Shown here in pieces: positions 12,185-25,390 of a DNA stretch of 64,000 nt. The first letter of the stretch is position 1. Each line of letters starts with the position of its first letter. Both the position numbers and the translations under genes were made by a program. The DNA is from Octopus vulgaris (lineage: Eukaryota): contig OX597815.1 of NCBI GenBank assembly GCA_951406725.2, positions 120,094,001 through 120,158,000 on the forward strand, in the 5' to 3' direction. Under the pieces are notes generated by a model, which did no database searches, was not told the DNA's origin, and saw nothing but the letters and a program-made list of their open reading frames with translations.

Positions 12185-14362
12185 GGCGCAGGAGTGGCTG
12201 TGTGGTACGTAGCTTGCTTACCTGTACATACTCGTTGGTGTTGCTTATTACAGAGAACCGAGGTGGATGTAAGTGTGTTGGCTCTGTCCAATATTGAACT
12301 GAAAGAAAAAAGAACAACATCAGCATAAGACCGTCGAGGTAGGTGGATTTGTTTTCGTTTGAGCTGGGTGTAATTTGTCAAATAGTAATTGTTTGTTGAT
12401 AAATTTTGCCCAGCTCTGTGACAATTCTGCCTGCTGTCGGCGGTGGCTGTTTGTTGTTATGTTGTATTGGCAAAAAAAAGGGGCGTATTCTCACCCAAAC
12501 TTACTGGATTTTGCCATTGAAATTTGTTGGATTACCATTGAACCTACGAAGTTGGTCAGGAGTACTTGTTGGCCATTGATGTTTGCTGTGTGAACTGTTT
12601 TTTTCTTTTCTCTATTCTTCTGGGTTTTTTTTCTTTCTTTTTGGAAATGTTTTTGCATTTCTTTTGGATTTTATTTTTACTCATTTTTTGAATTGACTTG
12701 CTTATTTCTTTTTGAACTTCTTGTTAATTTATTTGGACTTTATTTCTTCTTTTGAACTGATTTTTAACAGCAAATATAAAAAGTGCCTTAGAATGGGAGG
12801 TTGTTCCACCTAAGCAATGGATTAAAAACCTTGAGAGAAGGACGGTGGTACTATGGACCTATTCTAGGTCACGTGAGCTATCACCCTCTTCGACATAAAG
12901 AGCTGGCAAAATGTTTGCCAGCCAAAAATTATTATGTAACCAGGGATGTCAAATACACCACGGTGTGGATGCTTTTTGACACCCCTGAGGAGGCTTGCAT
13001 TGTGGCAGGCCAGCCCCTGGAAGGGGAGGAGATTTTGTTTCTTCCTACATATCGTGAGAAGAAGGTGATAAGGGCCTCGGTATGTGGTCTGCCCCCGGGC
13101 ACCAACGTGGGATGGATTGCAGATGCCATCAGGCGGGGCCTGGGGGATAGAGGGCCCAGGCTCTTAAATATAGAGATCAAGCCTGCAGTCAACTGGGAGG
13201 GTTCAAAGGCGACTTTGACCCTATGGACCCCAGTGACCACAGGTGAAATGACTTTCCCTGGCTTTTTGAAAATGGATGGCTCAAGGTATCCAGTGATACG
13301 TGAGGGTGGTTCCCCCCCACCCAAGTGTCACTCGTGCCTGGAGTCAGGCCACATTAAGAAGGACTGCCCCCGGGGCTGTGGTAAGGTCCCAGAGCAGGGA
13401 AAGGTGAAGGTGCCCTCCACTCTCCCATTGCAAGGAGAAACGGAGGAAGTCGTTGAGGCATCGGCCTCAACGAGAAGGTAAAGAAAGGTGAGCAACAACA
13501 GTTACTCACCAACAGATGCACAGGTTGTGGGAGAGGAGGAGCCCCCCCCCTCCCGGGCGTGCTGGTGGAGGCCCCAACTCCCACAACTGTAAAAAGGGTA
13601 AAGTGAAGGAAGAGAAACAGGAGATGGTTGGCGGATGTCGCTATATCACTGACCGAACTCTATGCTCCTCCGGTGGAAGGTGTGTCACAGGAGCAAGAGG
13701 CTCTGTCAGTGGGAACTGTGCCACTGACAGAGCAGGCTGAGGCCCCTCCCCATGAGGAGGACATGAAACCCATCGTTTTCTATCTCAGGGGAGGGCCTGT
13801 CAAGAAGTGCTTGGATGGTCTTCCAGGCTGAGAACGATTGGACTTGGTCTGTATAGACTGTCCAGGCTGGCTGCTGCAGGTGGCTGCAGAGGTCGTGAGT
13901 CAGAAGCAGCTGTTCGAAGTCATAGTAACCTGTAATAAGGAAGATTTTGCTTTCCTCTTTCCAGGCCCTGACCTGCCGATGCAGACTTTCCTGCAGGCAG
14001 TGGGTCATTTGCTTGGGGGCTCCGATGAGAAGGATTGATCTTATAGATTGTGTGTAAATTGAATAATTTACTGTATATATTTGTAATGGACTATTAAGTC
14101 CAATAATTGTAAAAACTGTCATTTCTGTTGGAAAAAAAAGAAGAATGTTTTAGAGAAACAGAAAATCGGCGGGCGTTTTCTGCTTTCTCTCATCAATATC
14201 ATCCTTGTTTCATCATTCACCTCATCAATGTATATGTCCAGCCTGATAGTTCCAGGTTCAGTCCCACTGCGTGATACCTTGGGCAAGTGTTTTCCACTAT
14301 AGCCTCAGGTCGACCAAAGCCTTGTGAGTGGATTTGGTAGACGGAAATTGAAAGAAGCCTAT

Positions 14363-14449
<87 letters not shown>

Positions 14450-14658
14450 TTGTGTGTGTGTCTGTGTTTGTCCCACCTTCATCACTTTCACAATCAATGT
14501 TGGTGTGTTTATGTCCCCATAACTTAGTGGTTCAGCAAAAGAGACCAACAGAATAAGCACTAGGCTTACAAAGAATAAGTCCTGGGGTTGATTTGCTTGT
14601 CTAAAAGCAGTACTCCAACATGGCCACAGTCAAATGACTGAAACAAGTAAAAGAATAC
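12185..14658 (+). mobile_element. Main-family SINE split by a ~2-kb insertion (SINE parts 12185-12221 and ~14240-14658)
   Basis: The head stops at ...gcttgcttacc and resumes at ...gttccaggttcagtccc, continuing the family sequence seen in intact copies. Confidence 0.85.
12801..14038 (+). pseudogene. Disrupted LINE ORF1/Gag-like zinc-knuckle protein (L1/Tx1 ORF1-like) of an ORF1-only retroelement
   Basis: CCHC knuckle CHSCLESGHIKKDC preceded by an RRM-like segment; reading continues through a frameshift and a stop to ...GGSDEKD* at 14038, then ~95 nt and an A-tract; GC-rich relative to flanks. Confidence 0.7.
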
Positions 14659-14904
14659 AGCTCAAAACTCTGATAAAGAGACTGAACTCATTATGTTCTG
14701 AGTTCAAATTCCACTGAGGTCAACTTTGCCTTTCTTTCTTACAGGGTCAAGTACTGGGGTCAATGTAATCGACTGGCACCCTCCTCCTAAAATATTGCAG
14801 GCCTTGTGCCACAACAGGAAAAATATTAAATGACCATTCCATTGACAATTGTAAGAAAAGTGTAGAAAATAAGCTGGGTACTTTGCTTTAGGATTCTATA
14901 TGAC

Positions 14905-15395
14905 CAGTGGTTTCCAACCTAGGGTCCACAGACCCCTGGTGGTCCACAAAGGTAGTACTGGGGGTCCATGAACTAAATTCAAAATTTCTTATATATATTC
15001 TTTTTTTTTAATTCTTTTTCTTGTTTCAGTCATTTGACTGCAGCCATGCTGGAGTACCGCCTTTAGTCGAAGAAATCAATCCCAGGACTTATTCTTTGTA
15101 AGCCTAGTACTTACTTTATCAGTCTCTTTTGCCGAACTGCTAGATTACAGGAATGTAAACACACCAGCATCAGTTGTCAAGCGATGGTGGGAGCACAAAC
15201 ACAGACACACAAACACATATACATATATATATATATACAATGGGCTCCTTTCAGTTTCCGTCTACCAAATCCACTGACAAGGCTTTGGTCGGCTCGAGAT
15301 TATAGTAGAAGACACTTGCCTAAGGTGCCTTATAGTGGGACTGAACTCAGAACTATGTGGTTGGTAAGCAAGCTACTTACCACACAGCCACTCCA

Positions 15396-15476
<81 letters not shown>

Positions 15477-15558
15477 CATAAGGACAATCGCATCAAAAGG
15501 GGTTCATAGGAAAACTCATTTAAATGAAAGGGTTGGGAACTACTGTTGGGAAGCACTG
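14905..15558. mobile_element. hAT (Charlie-like) MITE carrying an internal SINE (15012-15398, -) and microsatellites
   Basis: TIRs cagtggtttccaa / ttgggaagcactg; imperfect 8-bp TSD tatatgac / tattagac. Confidence 0.65.
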
Positions 15559-15731
15559 TATTAGACATTCTGTACTGTATTGTGTTGGTGGAAATGAATC
15601 AGTAGTCAAAAAACAAAAGATTCTTCAGGCACAGCATTTGTGGTCTCTTGCATGACTCGGTCAAAAATGTGTTCGAGTCCAGCTTAGGTATTTGGCAAGC
15701 TTATCATGATCATCACCATGATCGTAATCAC

Positions 15732-15769
<38 letters not shown>

Positions 15770-15813
15770 CCCATCTTTGTGTTTTCATGTTTGATTAACT
15801 ATATATATATATA

Positions 15814-15849
<36 letters not shown>

Positions 15850-15891
15850 TATATATATGTATATATATATATATATATATACATATATATA

Positions 15892-15925
<34 letters not shown>

Positions 15926-16213
15926 TATATATATATATATATACATGTATATATATATATGTATACATATATATATGTATATATATATATAAGTAATACT
16001 AAGTAATTAAGGGTTTAGCAACGATTTGCCTCACCACACACCGAATTTAGAAATAGCAGTCAAAGAGTTATAGCTATTCTTTCTACTAAAAGGGAAATCT
16101 CAGTAAAACCACAGCACTTGAAAGGCAAACACAGACAGGCAAGAGAGAAAGAAATGACGACAATCGATCATACAATATTAATGTATATATATATATATAT
16201 GTATATATATAAA

Positions 16214-16292
<79 letters not shown>

Positions 16293-17059
16293 ATGTATAT
16301 CAGCCGAAATTGCGAAGATGATCCGGTTCTTGACTGAAGATTGAAGGCTTCGAATGTCCCGTCCGTGTTTTTTGTATCGTCTTCTAAATGTTTCACGTTC
16401 TTGTCCCAGTTTGTATTTTTTTACATTTACATATATATATATATATATCATCCTCATCATGATGATGATGATATATATATATACATATCCATACACATAT
16501 ATAATCATCATCATCATTTAATAAGGGCCTTCGATGTAGGCATGGGTGGGACGGTTTAGCAGAAGCTGGCCAGGCAGAAGCCTACCCCTATCTTCTTGTC
16601 TGTTTTGGCAGGATTTTTGCAGCTGGATGCCCTCCCTAATACCAACCATTCAGCAGAGTGCACTTAGTGCACTTTGCATGGCACAAGCACATAAGATGAG
16701 GTCAGTTTTGGAAAGGTTTTTACACCTGGATGCCCTTCCAAATGCCAGCCATTTTACAGTATGGACTGGATGATTTTTAAGTGGCACCTGCACTGATAGG
16801 GTTACCAAGTAACTTGTGAGGCAAAAGTCATTTGCAAGGAGAGGGAGCAATGAAGGAGATGATCTTGTGTCAGCTAATAACAGGTTATAGTGAAACAAAG
16901 AGACAAAAACAGGTGTCTTGCTTTCGAGGAGGTATAAGGTTACCTAGCCAGGAGTGAGAGAGAGAGAGAGAGGGAGAGGGAGAGAGAGGGAGAGAGAGAG
17001 ATCAGGAATGAAGACAGAAACAGGTAAAAGAATAAAAGTATAAAAAATGATATATATAA

Positions 17060-17375
17060 AAGCACTCTTCAAACGTTGGGCCTCACGGAGGCAATGATAA
17101 GTGACCGAGACTGTTGGCGATATACCATGCTTGAGGAGACTCATCAAGTCAAGTGAAATTATAGTTGTGGCTGATGCTCATGTCATATAAATGGCACTGG
17201 TGCCAATGGGCACATAAAAAGCACCTATTACACTCTCAGGATGGTTGGTGTTATGAAAGGCGTCCAGCCATAGAAACCATGCAAAATCAGATTGAGAACC
17301 TGGTACAGCTCTCCAGCTGACAAGTTTCAGTCAAACCATCTAACCCATGCCAGGATGGGGAGCAGATGCTAAACG
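17060..17375 (+). mobile_element. Diverged RTE LINE 3'-UTR fragment
   Basis: Reverse-complement similarity to 32040-32200 (ggttggtgttatgaaaggcgtccagc...aacccatgccaggatgg). Confidence 0.65.
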
Positions 17376-17493
17376 TAGATGTTGATATATATATAGTTGA
17401 TCCAAACATGAACAAAGAGAAAACGCAACAACGTGAGGACGTGGAACAAGTATAGTGTTATTGGACGCTCAGGAAAGGAAAGAAAGAAGGAGG

Positions 17494-17528
17494 ATTTAAT
17501 GTTTTGAGCGGAGCTCTTCGTCAGAAAC
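17494..17528 (-). ncRNA. Minimal type-I hammerhead ribozyme motif (GAAA decayed to AAAA)
   Basis: - strand gttt-CTGACGA-agagc-tcc-gctc-AAAACATTA-aat; homologous to 22304-22338. Confidence 0.55.
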
Positions 17529-17601
17529 ATAGAAAAAGAATATATATATGTATATATGTATATACACACACATGCATATATATATCATCATATATGTATA
17601 T

Positions 17602-17632
<31 letters not shown>

Positions 17633-17718
17633 CATATGCATACACACATACATAAACAAACACACACACACACATTTCCATTGCATATGTCATGATGACG
17701 ATGATGAAGATGATGATT

Positions 17719-17755
<37 letters not shown>

Positions 17756-17756
17756 C

Positions 17757-17795
<39 letters not shown>

Positions 17796-19733
17796 ACATG
17801 CGTATGTAGGTATCTATGTATATGTAAATCCATGTGTGTTTAAGTGCCTGTGTACACCACACACACAAACACACACACACAAACACAGCACAAACACACA
17901 CACAGCTACACACATATAGATATACGGCCAACACATGTATATAAGCTATATAATATGCAGAAAAGAATAGATGCATGAGAAATGAACCAGAAAAAAATAT
18001 GAATGAACAAAAAAAAATTACGATAAAAATATTACACAAAAACAAAAGCATTTATAGGTTAAATAGAAATGGCACCCACACAAAAACAAGCCTGCATTCC
18101 AAGACACACACACAAACGTATGCATGCATACTCATGCACACTCATGCACATATACATGTGTTATTTTATGTTATGGTATTTTTATATTTTGCATGAAGAA
18201 CTGCCTATCTATATGTCTGTATAAGCATGCATAATTTTATTACATACAGATATATAATGGAACAATATTTTGATATAGGAAATCATGCATGAAGAAAAAA
18301 AAAAGCTACATAATTCTGTGTTACACTTGGTATTGTATGCAATTGGTGTAACATTTATTTCAGAGTGTGTATATGAAACACGAAAGATTTCTTTCTGGAT
18401 TTTTTTTTTTACTTTCTTTGGAACGGTAAATATTTCTTGGAATTGGGCAAATTTCTACAAAAAGAGATGTATATTTTAGAGTGTGTAAATATCTATTTTT
18501 ATACATATATACCTATGTTTGTTTATTCCTGTACATATGTGTGTGTGTGTTTGCATCTGTATGTTTGTGCATGTCTTTGTGTGTGTGCGTATATTATATA
18601 TGTATATATAATTATAGATAAATATATATGTATGTATGTATGCATCTATCTATATACATACATACATATATACATACATACACATATATATATATGTATA
18701 TATATATATGTATGTATATATACATATATTTGTACATACACATATATATATATAATTATATACACATATGTATGTATATATGTACACATATACATGTATA
18801 TATATATATGTACAGGTACACTATATATGTATGTGTACATATTTATACATATGTGTGTGTATACATAGTATATATATATATGTAATACACACACACATGC
18901 ACGCATATATGCACACATACACACACACAAAAACTAGATGTGTTTGCATGTATGCTGCATGCTTTTGGATGTATTTCTTTGCATGTGTGTAAGTGTATAT
19001 GTGAGTGTGTATGCATATGTGTGTGTGTGTATAAGGGTGTTTGAATGTGTGGGGGGAGGAGGGAGGGGTTACCGTGTGAAATCTTTCTTGTCAGATTTTA
19101 TTGTCTTTTTTCCTTTTTATTTATTTATCTTTTTTTCCAGCATGATATATTGTCATGTAAGAGATAATATATTTTTAAGTTTGTGTTTCTATACATGATG
19201 ATACAATGAAATGTAGATTTATATCATGATCCTCATCACCACTCTCCCCTCACCCTCATCCTCATCCTCATCTCCGCCATCACCATCATCATCGTTGTCA
19301 TCGTTGTCATCCTCATCGTCATCATACTCATCATTATTGTCATCGTCATCATAATTACCAGCAACAACACTCCCACCACCACCACCACCACCACCACCAC
19401 CACCACATTTCTGTCATTATCACTGCTGTAACTGTTATCATCATCATCATCATCATCATTATTACATCAGATATATAAGCATCGCTGTCACTACCAACTC
19501 TACCACCGTCACCACTATCACCACTGCCACCACCACCAGCACTGATAGAATATGTACCGCAAATGACATTACATCATCAACATTGTCATCATCATCAACA
19601 TCATCATCAGCATCGTAATCACTACCGATGCTAATACAGTTATTTCAGATGCAAGTATTGCTGTCACTACCACTACTACCACCACCATACCACCACCAAC
19701 AACAACAACAACCTTAATGGGAGACCAATACTT

Positions 19734-19960
19734 TTACCAGTGGTGCCTATTAGTGGTAAGATTAGCAACTTCACTAAATCCAATATAGCATAAGGTTAAA
19801 TCCTCATTGACTTGGGAAATATATATCTTTCTCCTGGCCTCTCCAACATGATAAGGTTCTATGTAGTTTGATTTATGTCTTTCAAAGCAGTGGCTAGTGA
19901 TATGTTTGATCTTCTCAAAGCATGTCCAGTCACCATTAATCTTTACCAATGTAATACTCT
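19734..19960 (-). mobile_element. Degenerate RTE-like LINE C-terminal remnant
   Basis: Frameshifted TGHALRRSN...(GEARRKIYISQVNEDL) resembles the RTE GH.LR / GRP...DL tail. Confidence 0.35.
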
Positions 19961-20215
19961 GTCAACTGAGAAAGACTGCACTCTCTCACTTAACAATTTA
20001 TTTATTCCTTAATTCTTTAATTCTTTAAAGAGTTCAAATACTGCTGAGGTTAACTTCACCTTTTATTCTTTCAAAACTGATAAAATGGGTAACAGTGAAA
20101 TACTGGGTTGATCTAATTAATTGACTCTCCCCAAAACTTCAGGCCTTGAATTCTGGGCTGGATCAAGTCTCATATAGAGGCCCTTAGCACTGAAAAGATA
20201 TGGATGCCCCCATAC

Positions 20216-20366
20216 ACTGTATTCTAATGTGTATAAGGAACCCTGTTTTTGTCAAAAATTAGGGGGTTTCTTATACATGGATAGTATCATAATCCCTTAC
20301 AAATCCTTTTTTCTAAATTTTAAGCCCCATAAATTAGGGGGTTCCTTATAAACATTAAAATACAGT
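20216..20366. mobile_element. Short pogo/Tc-like MITE
   Basis: 27-bp TIRs actgtattctaatgtgtataaggaacc / ggttccttataaacattaaaatacagt with 2 mismatches. Confidence 0.7.
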
Positions 20367-20878
20367 ATATGCAGTTCAAAATATAAAAAAATAATAAATC
20401 ATAAAATAAATGTTTTATTTTTCAAAATGAATCAAAACTAATGATAAAATGTAAAATAATGTTTATTTTTGTATACTTCCACCTTATATTTAAAAATTTT
20501 TTCCTACTTTTTATTAGTTACCCTTCCATAACCTTAAAATGAATTGCATGTCTCAAGGAGCCCCTTCACAAAAAAAAACTATATACTTTACCTTTCTTAT
20601 ATTTTTTCATCGTAGTTCATGTGGTAAATATCATCTCTCTCTATGTGTGTGTGTATATATTGGTTATGAGAGGTAATAGTGTAAAGAAGACCCAAAGGTG
20701 TCAGATAATGGTGTGTAAGTGCTATGGAAAGACTATAGTTAAGCTCCAGGTTTGGTGATTATGCAAATGAGGAGTCCAACATAGGTCATATATTAGCATG
20801 TATATATATATAAAAAATTAACAGAATAAGATAAAAATCCAAGGTTGTGAAAGATTTCAGAACATTTGCAAAGAGGAG

Positions 20879-20926
20879 GCCTTACAGCTGTTTCTGGGAT
20901 ATTTTAAATATCCCTTCATCGGAGAC
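20879..20926 (-). ncRNA. Minimal type-I hammerhead ribozyme motif (CCGAUGA core variant)
   Basis: - strand gtct-CCGATGA-a-gggatatt..aatatccc-a-GAA-ACAGCTGT-A-aggc; palindromic stem III and GUA site. Confidence 0.7.
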
Positions 20927-21255
20927 GGTGCGAGAGAATGGTTAAGCAATAGTTATTCTAGAGAGAAGATATGAAGTAGAGAGTGAAGTGGAAGAGTGAA
21001 AACAGACATGAGATATGCAGGGATATTGTATCTACAGGTCCATCATTTAGGCAGAATGGTATACATATAAGATTCCTGTACCTTGTGTGTAAGTTGCAAT
21101 AGTATTCAAATACTATTGACTAAATACTATTGACTGATGAAAGAAAGCCAAGAATTTTTTTGCCTGTCCTTCTAATTGTTGTTTCTATTGTCCGTCTTTG
21201 TATCATCTATCTGTCCAAATGTTTTAATGCCCTCTATTGAATTTTTGTTCTATTG

Positions 21256-21306
<51 letters not shown>

Positions 21307-21491
21307 AAACGGGCTTCTTTCTGTTTCCATCTATCAAAACCAGTCGGAAAGCTTTGGGCAGCCTAAGGTTATAGTAGAAGACTCTTGGCCAAGGTGCCAC
21401 GCAGTAGGACTGAACCTAGAACTATATGGTTGCTAAGCAAGCTACTTACCACACGACCACTCCTGCATCTATGTATACATATATATATATG

Positions 21492-21527
<36 letters not shown>

Positions 21528-21531
<4 letters not shown>

Positions 21532-21678
21532 GTTAGGAAGGGCATCCAGCTGTAGAAACATTGCCAGATTAGACTGGAGCCTGGTGCAGCCTTCTGGCTT
21601 CCCAGAACCCCGGTCGAACTGTCCAACCCATGCTAGCATGGAGAACGGACGTTAAACGATGATGATGATGATGATGAT
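21528..21678 (+). mobile_element. RTE LINE extreme 3' end with (GAT)n tail
   Basis: ggcgttaggaagggcatccagc...gcatggagaacggacgttaaacgatgatgat matches the 3' UTR of the 33066 LINE. Confidence 0.8.
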
Positions 21679-22303
21679 ATATATAGTTACAAATTGAGAT
21701 AGGGGTTGTAAATGCAACCTCCATGGGATAACATATATCCAATATACTGCTAGTGAAGTACCCAACAAAGTTGATACATAAATGTCAATGACTGCGATGC
21801 AATCAATTCATTTACTGTATTATATGGGCAAAGGTAAAATGATTTACCACAAATTACTAATACAAGATAAGAAAATGGAGAAATACATCTAAATCAAATA
21901 TCAATTACCAGATAATACTCAATCACATACTTTATTAAACCAACACATAAGAGACTGTAGGGTTAAATATAATAAGCAGAACAAATCAGTGTACATAAAG
22001 GAATGTACATAAAAAAGTGTACATAAAAGAGTAATGTTGTATAATAAGTAGAATATATATAAAAGAGAATATAAATATAAGTAAATATAAATTTGCTATC
22101 ACTGTTTTCGTGGTGGAAAATCTTCCATCTTATCCTGTGAATGAACTCATTAATTCTATAAATTAGCTCTTTGGTGTAGTATATATATATATATATATAT
22201 ATAAAGTTAATCCAAACAAGAAAGCACAAAAAAACACAACAACGCGAGGACGTGGAACAAATATAGTATTATTGGATGCTCAGGAAAGAAGGAAAGAAGG
22301 AGG

Positions 22304-22338
22304 GTTTAACGTTTCGAGCAGAGCTCTTCGTCGGAAAC
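22304..22338 (-). ncRNA. Minimal type-I hammerhead ribozyme motif (CCGACGA core variant)
   Basis: - strand gttt-CCGACGA-agagc-tct-gctc-GAA-ACGT-TA-aac. Confidence 0.65.
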
Positions 22339-23164
22339 ATAGGAGAAGGAAAGATCCAGAGAAGGGAAGACAGAGGGAAAAAAATCGCCAACGGTACACA
22401 CGACGTCACATTTTGAAAGACCGGAAGGAAAAGGGTGAAGAAAGATGTTTTCAAAGACAGAAGAGTAGTATTGTCAAAGACAGCAGAATGGTAGAGGGGG
22501 AATGTGTGTGTAAGTGTGGATATGTGCTTGCTCGGAGGTCTGCATATGCGTGTGTGTGTGTATGTGTGCAATGATGACATGTGTGTGTGTGTGTGTGTGT
22601 GTGCGTGTGTGTGTGTGTGTGTGCGTGTGTGTGTGTATGTGTGTGTGGTTGTGGCTGTAAACAAAAGGCTAGTAGTAGGGCTAGTAGTAGGGCTAGTTTG
22701 TAGGGTTAGTAGAATAAGGAGTGGTGCTTTTTTGTCCCTGCCACAGGTCAGTACTGTTACTTTGAAGTATGTGTGTGTGTGTGTATGTATATGTATCGTG
22801 TGTGTGTTTTGTTTGTAGTGTGTGTATGTGTATGTATGTGTGTGTATGTATGTGTGTGTTCGTGTGTGTATGTGTAGAGTTTGGGTGTGTGGCGAATTAC
22901 TGTGCTTTACTTAGTGTGTGTGTGCGTGTGTGCTTGTACGTGTGTATGTGTGTATACATGTATGTATAATCATGTGCGTGTATGTATAATTGAGTGCCGT
23001 GTGTATGGGATGTATGTGTGGGTGTGTGTGTGTATGTGCATGCGTGTCGTATGTGCGTGTAGTTGTGTGTGCATGTACGTGTGCGTTTGTATGTGTGTGT
23101 GTGTAAGCGTATATGGATGTATATGCGTATATCCATGGGGTTGTGAGTTTTGGGTGTGTGCAAA

Positions 23165-24312
23165 GACTCGTCGTTACTGGGTCATAGTGCTAGTGCATGT
23201 ATATATATGTGTATATATGTGTGTACATATTACATGTACATCTATATTAATATACATCTACACAAAAAATACAAAATATCTTGATATTGCTAGTGATAAC
23301 AATACTCAAAATATATAACAGACTGGAATTGTAAGCTCGTCTCTTGCAATTTCGATCAATTGTATCTTGTCCCCCCTCTTGTATAGAAGTGTGGCTACAA
23401 TCCAGCCTACCTCTACTGCTGGGGGGGGACATCTTTAATTTATATCCGGGACATCCTACGTCCCAGATATAAAGGTAAAAATAAAATATTTCCACTTTGC
23501 AAGGTTTGAGTCGAGTACTCCCTTGCATGCTCCATTGACTCGAACCTTGCTTCTATTGTGGAAAATTTAGCGCCCCTGGTTAGATATCTTTCATAGTCGC
23601 ACCAAGACACTTTTCAATGGTGCTTTCCTCCAGGTGTTCAAATCTTTTTTTTCTACATTTTATACTTTATAGTCAATAGTCTTTCCTTTAATTTAATTTT
23701 TTATTATCCATCTGGACTATTCCATTTCTGCACGCTAATTTTATTTTTAATTTATTCCCATTCATGTGAAACCACTTATTCAAGTTCAAGTCATTGATGC
23801 AATTTTATACCAATTGCTATTTTTACTTTTGTTATGTTACGATTATATTATACTTTAGTTTGATTTTAATTATTACTTACTACATATAATTCAATTGTTA
23901 TTATTATTTTTATTGTTAAAGTGAAAGCATCTGACGTAAAATAGAGAAATGTTTTTGTTTCACTTTTAACACGTAATACTGAAATAGTGGAGAAGATATG
24001 ATATTGCTATGGGCTCGCTCTAGGCAAGAAGTTGAACATTTTTTTTGCCCATGAAACTACATGGACCCTAAGTAAGGCATGTGTAAAATTTGAATGAAAT
24101 TGGTTGTGTAGTTCTCAAGTTTTAGGGAATCATGGTGGAGAACATATGATATTGCTGTGGGCTCGCCCTAGGCAAAAAGTGAAAACTTTTTTTTGCCGAT
24201 GACACTCCCCAGACCTTAAGTAAGGCATGTGTAAAATTTGAATGAAATTGGTTGTGTAGTTCTCAAGTTTTAGAGAAACACACAGACAGACACACATTCT
24301 CAGTTTTATATA
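23165..24312 (-). mobile_element. Helitron-like element, same family as 2140-3157, with a duplicated 5' segment
   Basis: Reverse-complement match along its length; 23985-24130 is repeated at 24130-24275. Confidence 0.8.
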
Positions 24313-24467
24313 TATAGAGATATATGTATGTATCATCCTCACCATCATCATCATCATCATCATTTAACGTCCGCTTTCCATGCTAGCATGGGTTGGACGA
24401 TTTTACTGAGGACTGGCAAACCAGATGGCTGCACCAGGCTCCAATCTGATCTGGCAGAGTTTCTACC

Positions 24468-25019
24468 TTTTGAAATTTGCTCTGAATCTCAACAACAGCA
24501 TTAAAACAGTGACTAATGAGCTCCATTTTCATCTTGCAGAAGAGTTGGAAGTCTGCAGGTGCTAAATCTGGTGAATAGGACAGGTGCAGAAGTGATATTA
24601 TGTTGTTTTTGGTGAGAATCTTACAAGAAAGGAAAGCTTGGTGAAGAACCCAATTCTTCGTGCTTTGCAGATCCAGTTGCTTTCACTATATGTCCAACCT
24701 CAAATACTTCAAAACATTGCAGTAGAACTCTTAAATGATAGTCTGGCCCGGGGGGATTAATTCTCAATGCACAATACCACACTTCCAGTGGTGATGCTTA
24801 TGACAGGTCTTCCAGTTCCTTCATAGTCTTCCAAGGAAGTTCTTCTACTTTTGAAGCACCCATGCCACTTGAAACCTTGCATATGACCCATTGCTTTGTC
24901 ATTGTAAGCTTGCCAAAATATGCTCGATGTCTCTGTTGCAGACTTTCCAAGTTTAACCCAAAATTTCGTGTTGGCTCTTTGTTCCTGTTTGTGACAAAAT
25001 CACAGTCTACAGCATACAC

Positions 25020-25078
<59 letters not shown>

Positions 25079-25390
25079 CACCATCATCATCATCCTCATC
25101 ATCATCATTATCCTCATTGTTTAATGTCCGCTTTCCATGCTGGCATGGGTTGGACAGTTTGACTGGGGACTGGTGAGCCAGAGGCTGCACCAGGCTCAAT
25201 CTGATCTGGCAAAGTTTCTACAGCTGGATGCCCTTAAAATTTCACAACTTGTGAAGTAAACACAGCAATATCACTCAGCACACTGCTTCATAAAGGTCAC
25301 TGCAAACTCTCACTGTGCACACAACCATGTGCTGTCATCTGTTGGCACGCTACAGAACTAGTCCAGGAACTTTCTGATACCACCTCATAT
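24468..25390 (-). mobile_element. Internally deleted mariner (DD34D-type) transposon interrupted by an RTE tail
   Basis: - strand YSPDLAPADF, GIVH*ELIPPGQT..FYCNVL, N-terminal KLGKSATET; terminus tatgaggtggtatcagaaagttcc. Confidence 0.8.

Noticed and set aside
16300-16360. CTGAAGA/CTGATGA motifs at 16335, 21134 and 40014
   Set aside because: Stem II plus GAAA and stems I/III could not be built in the right order
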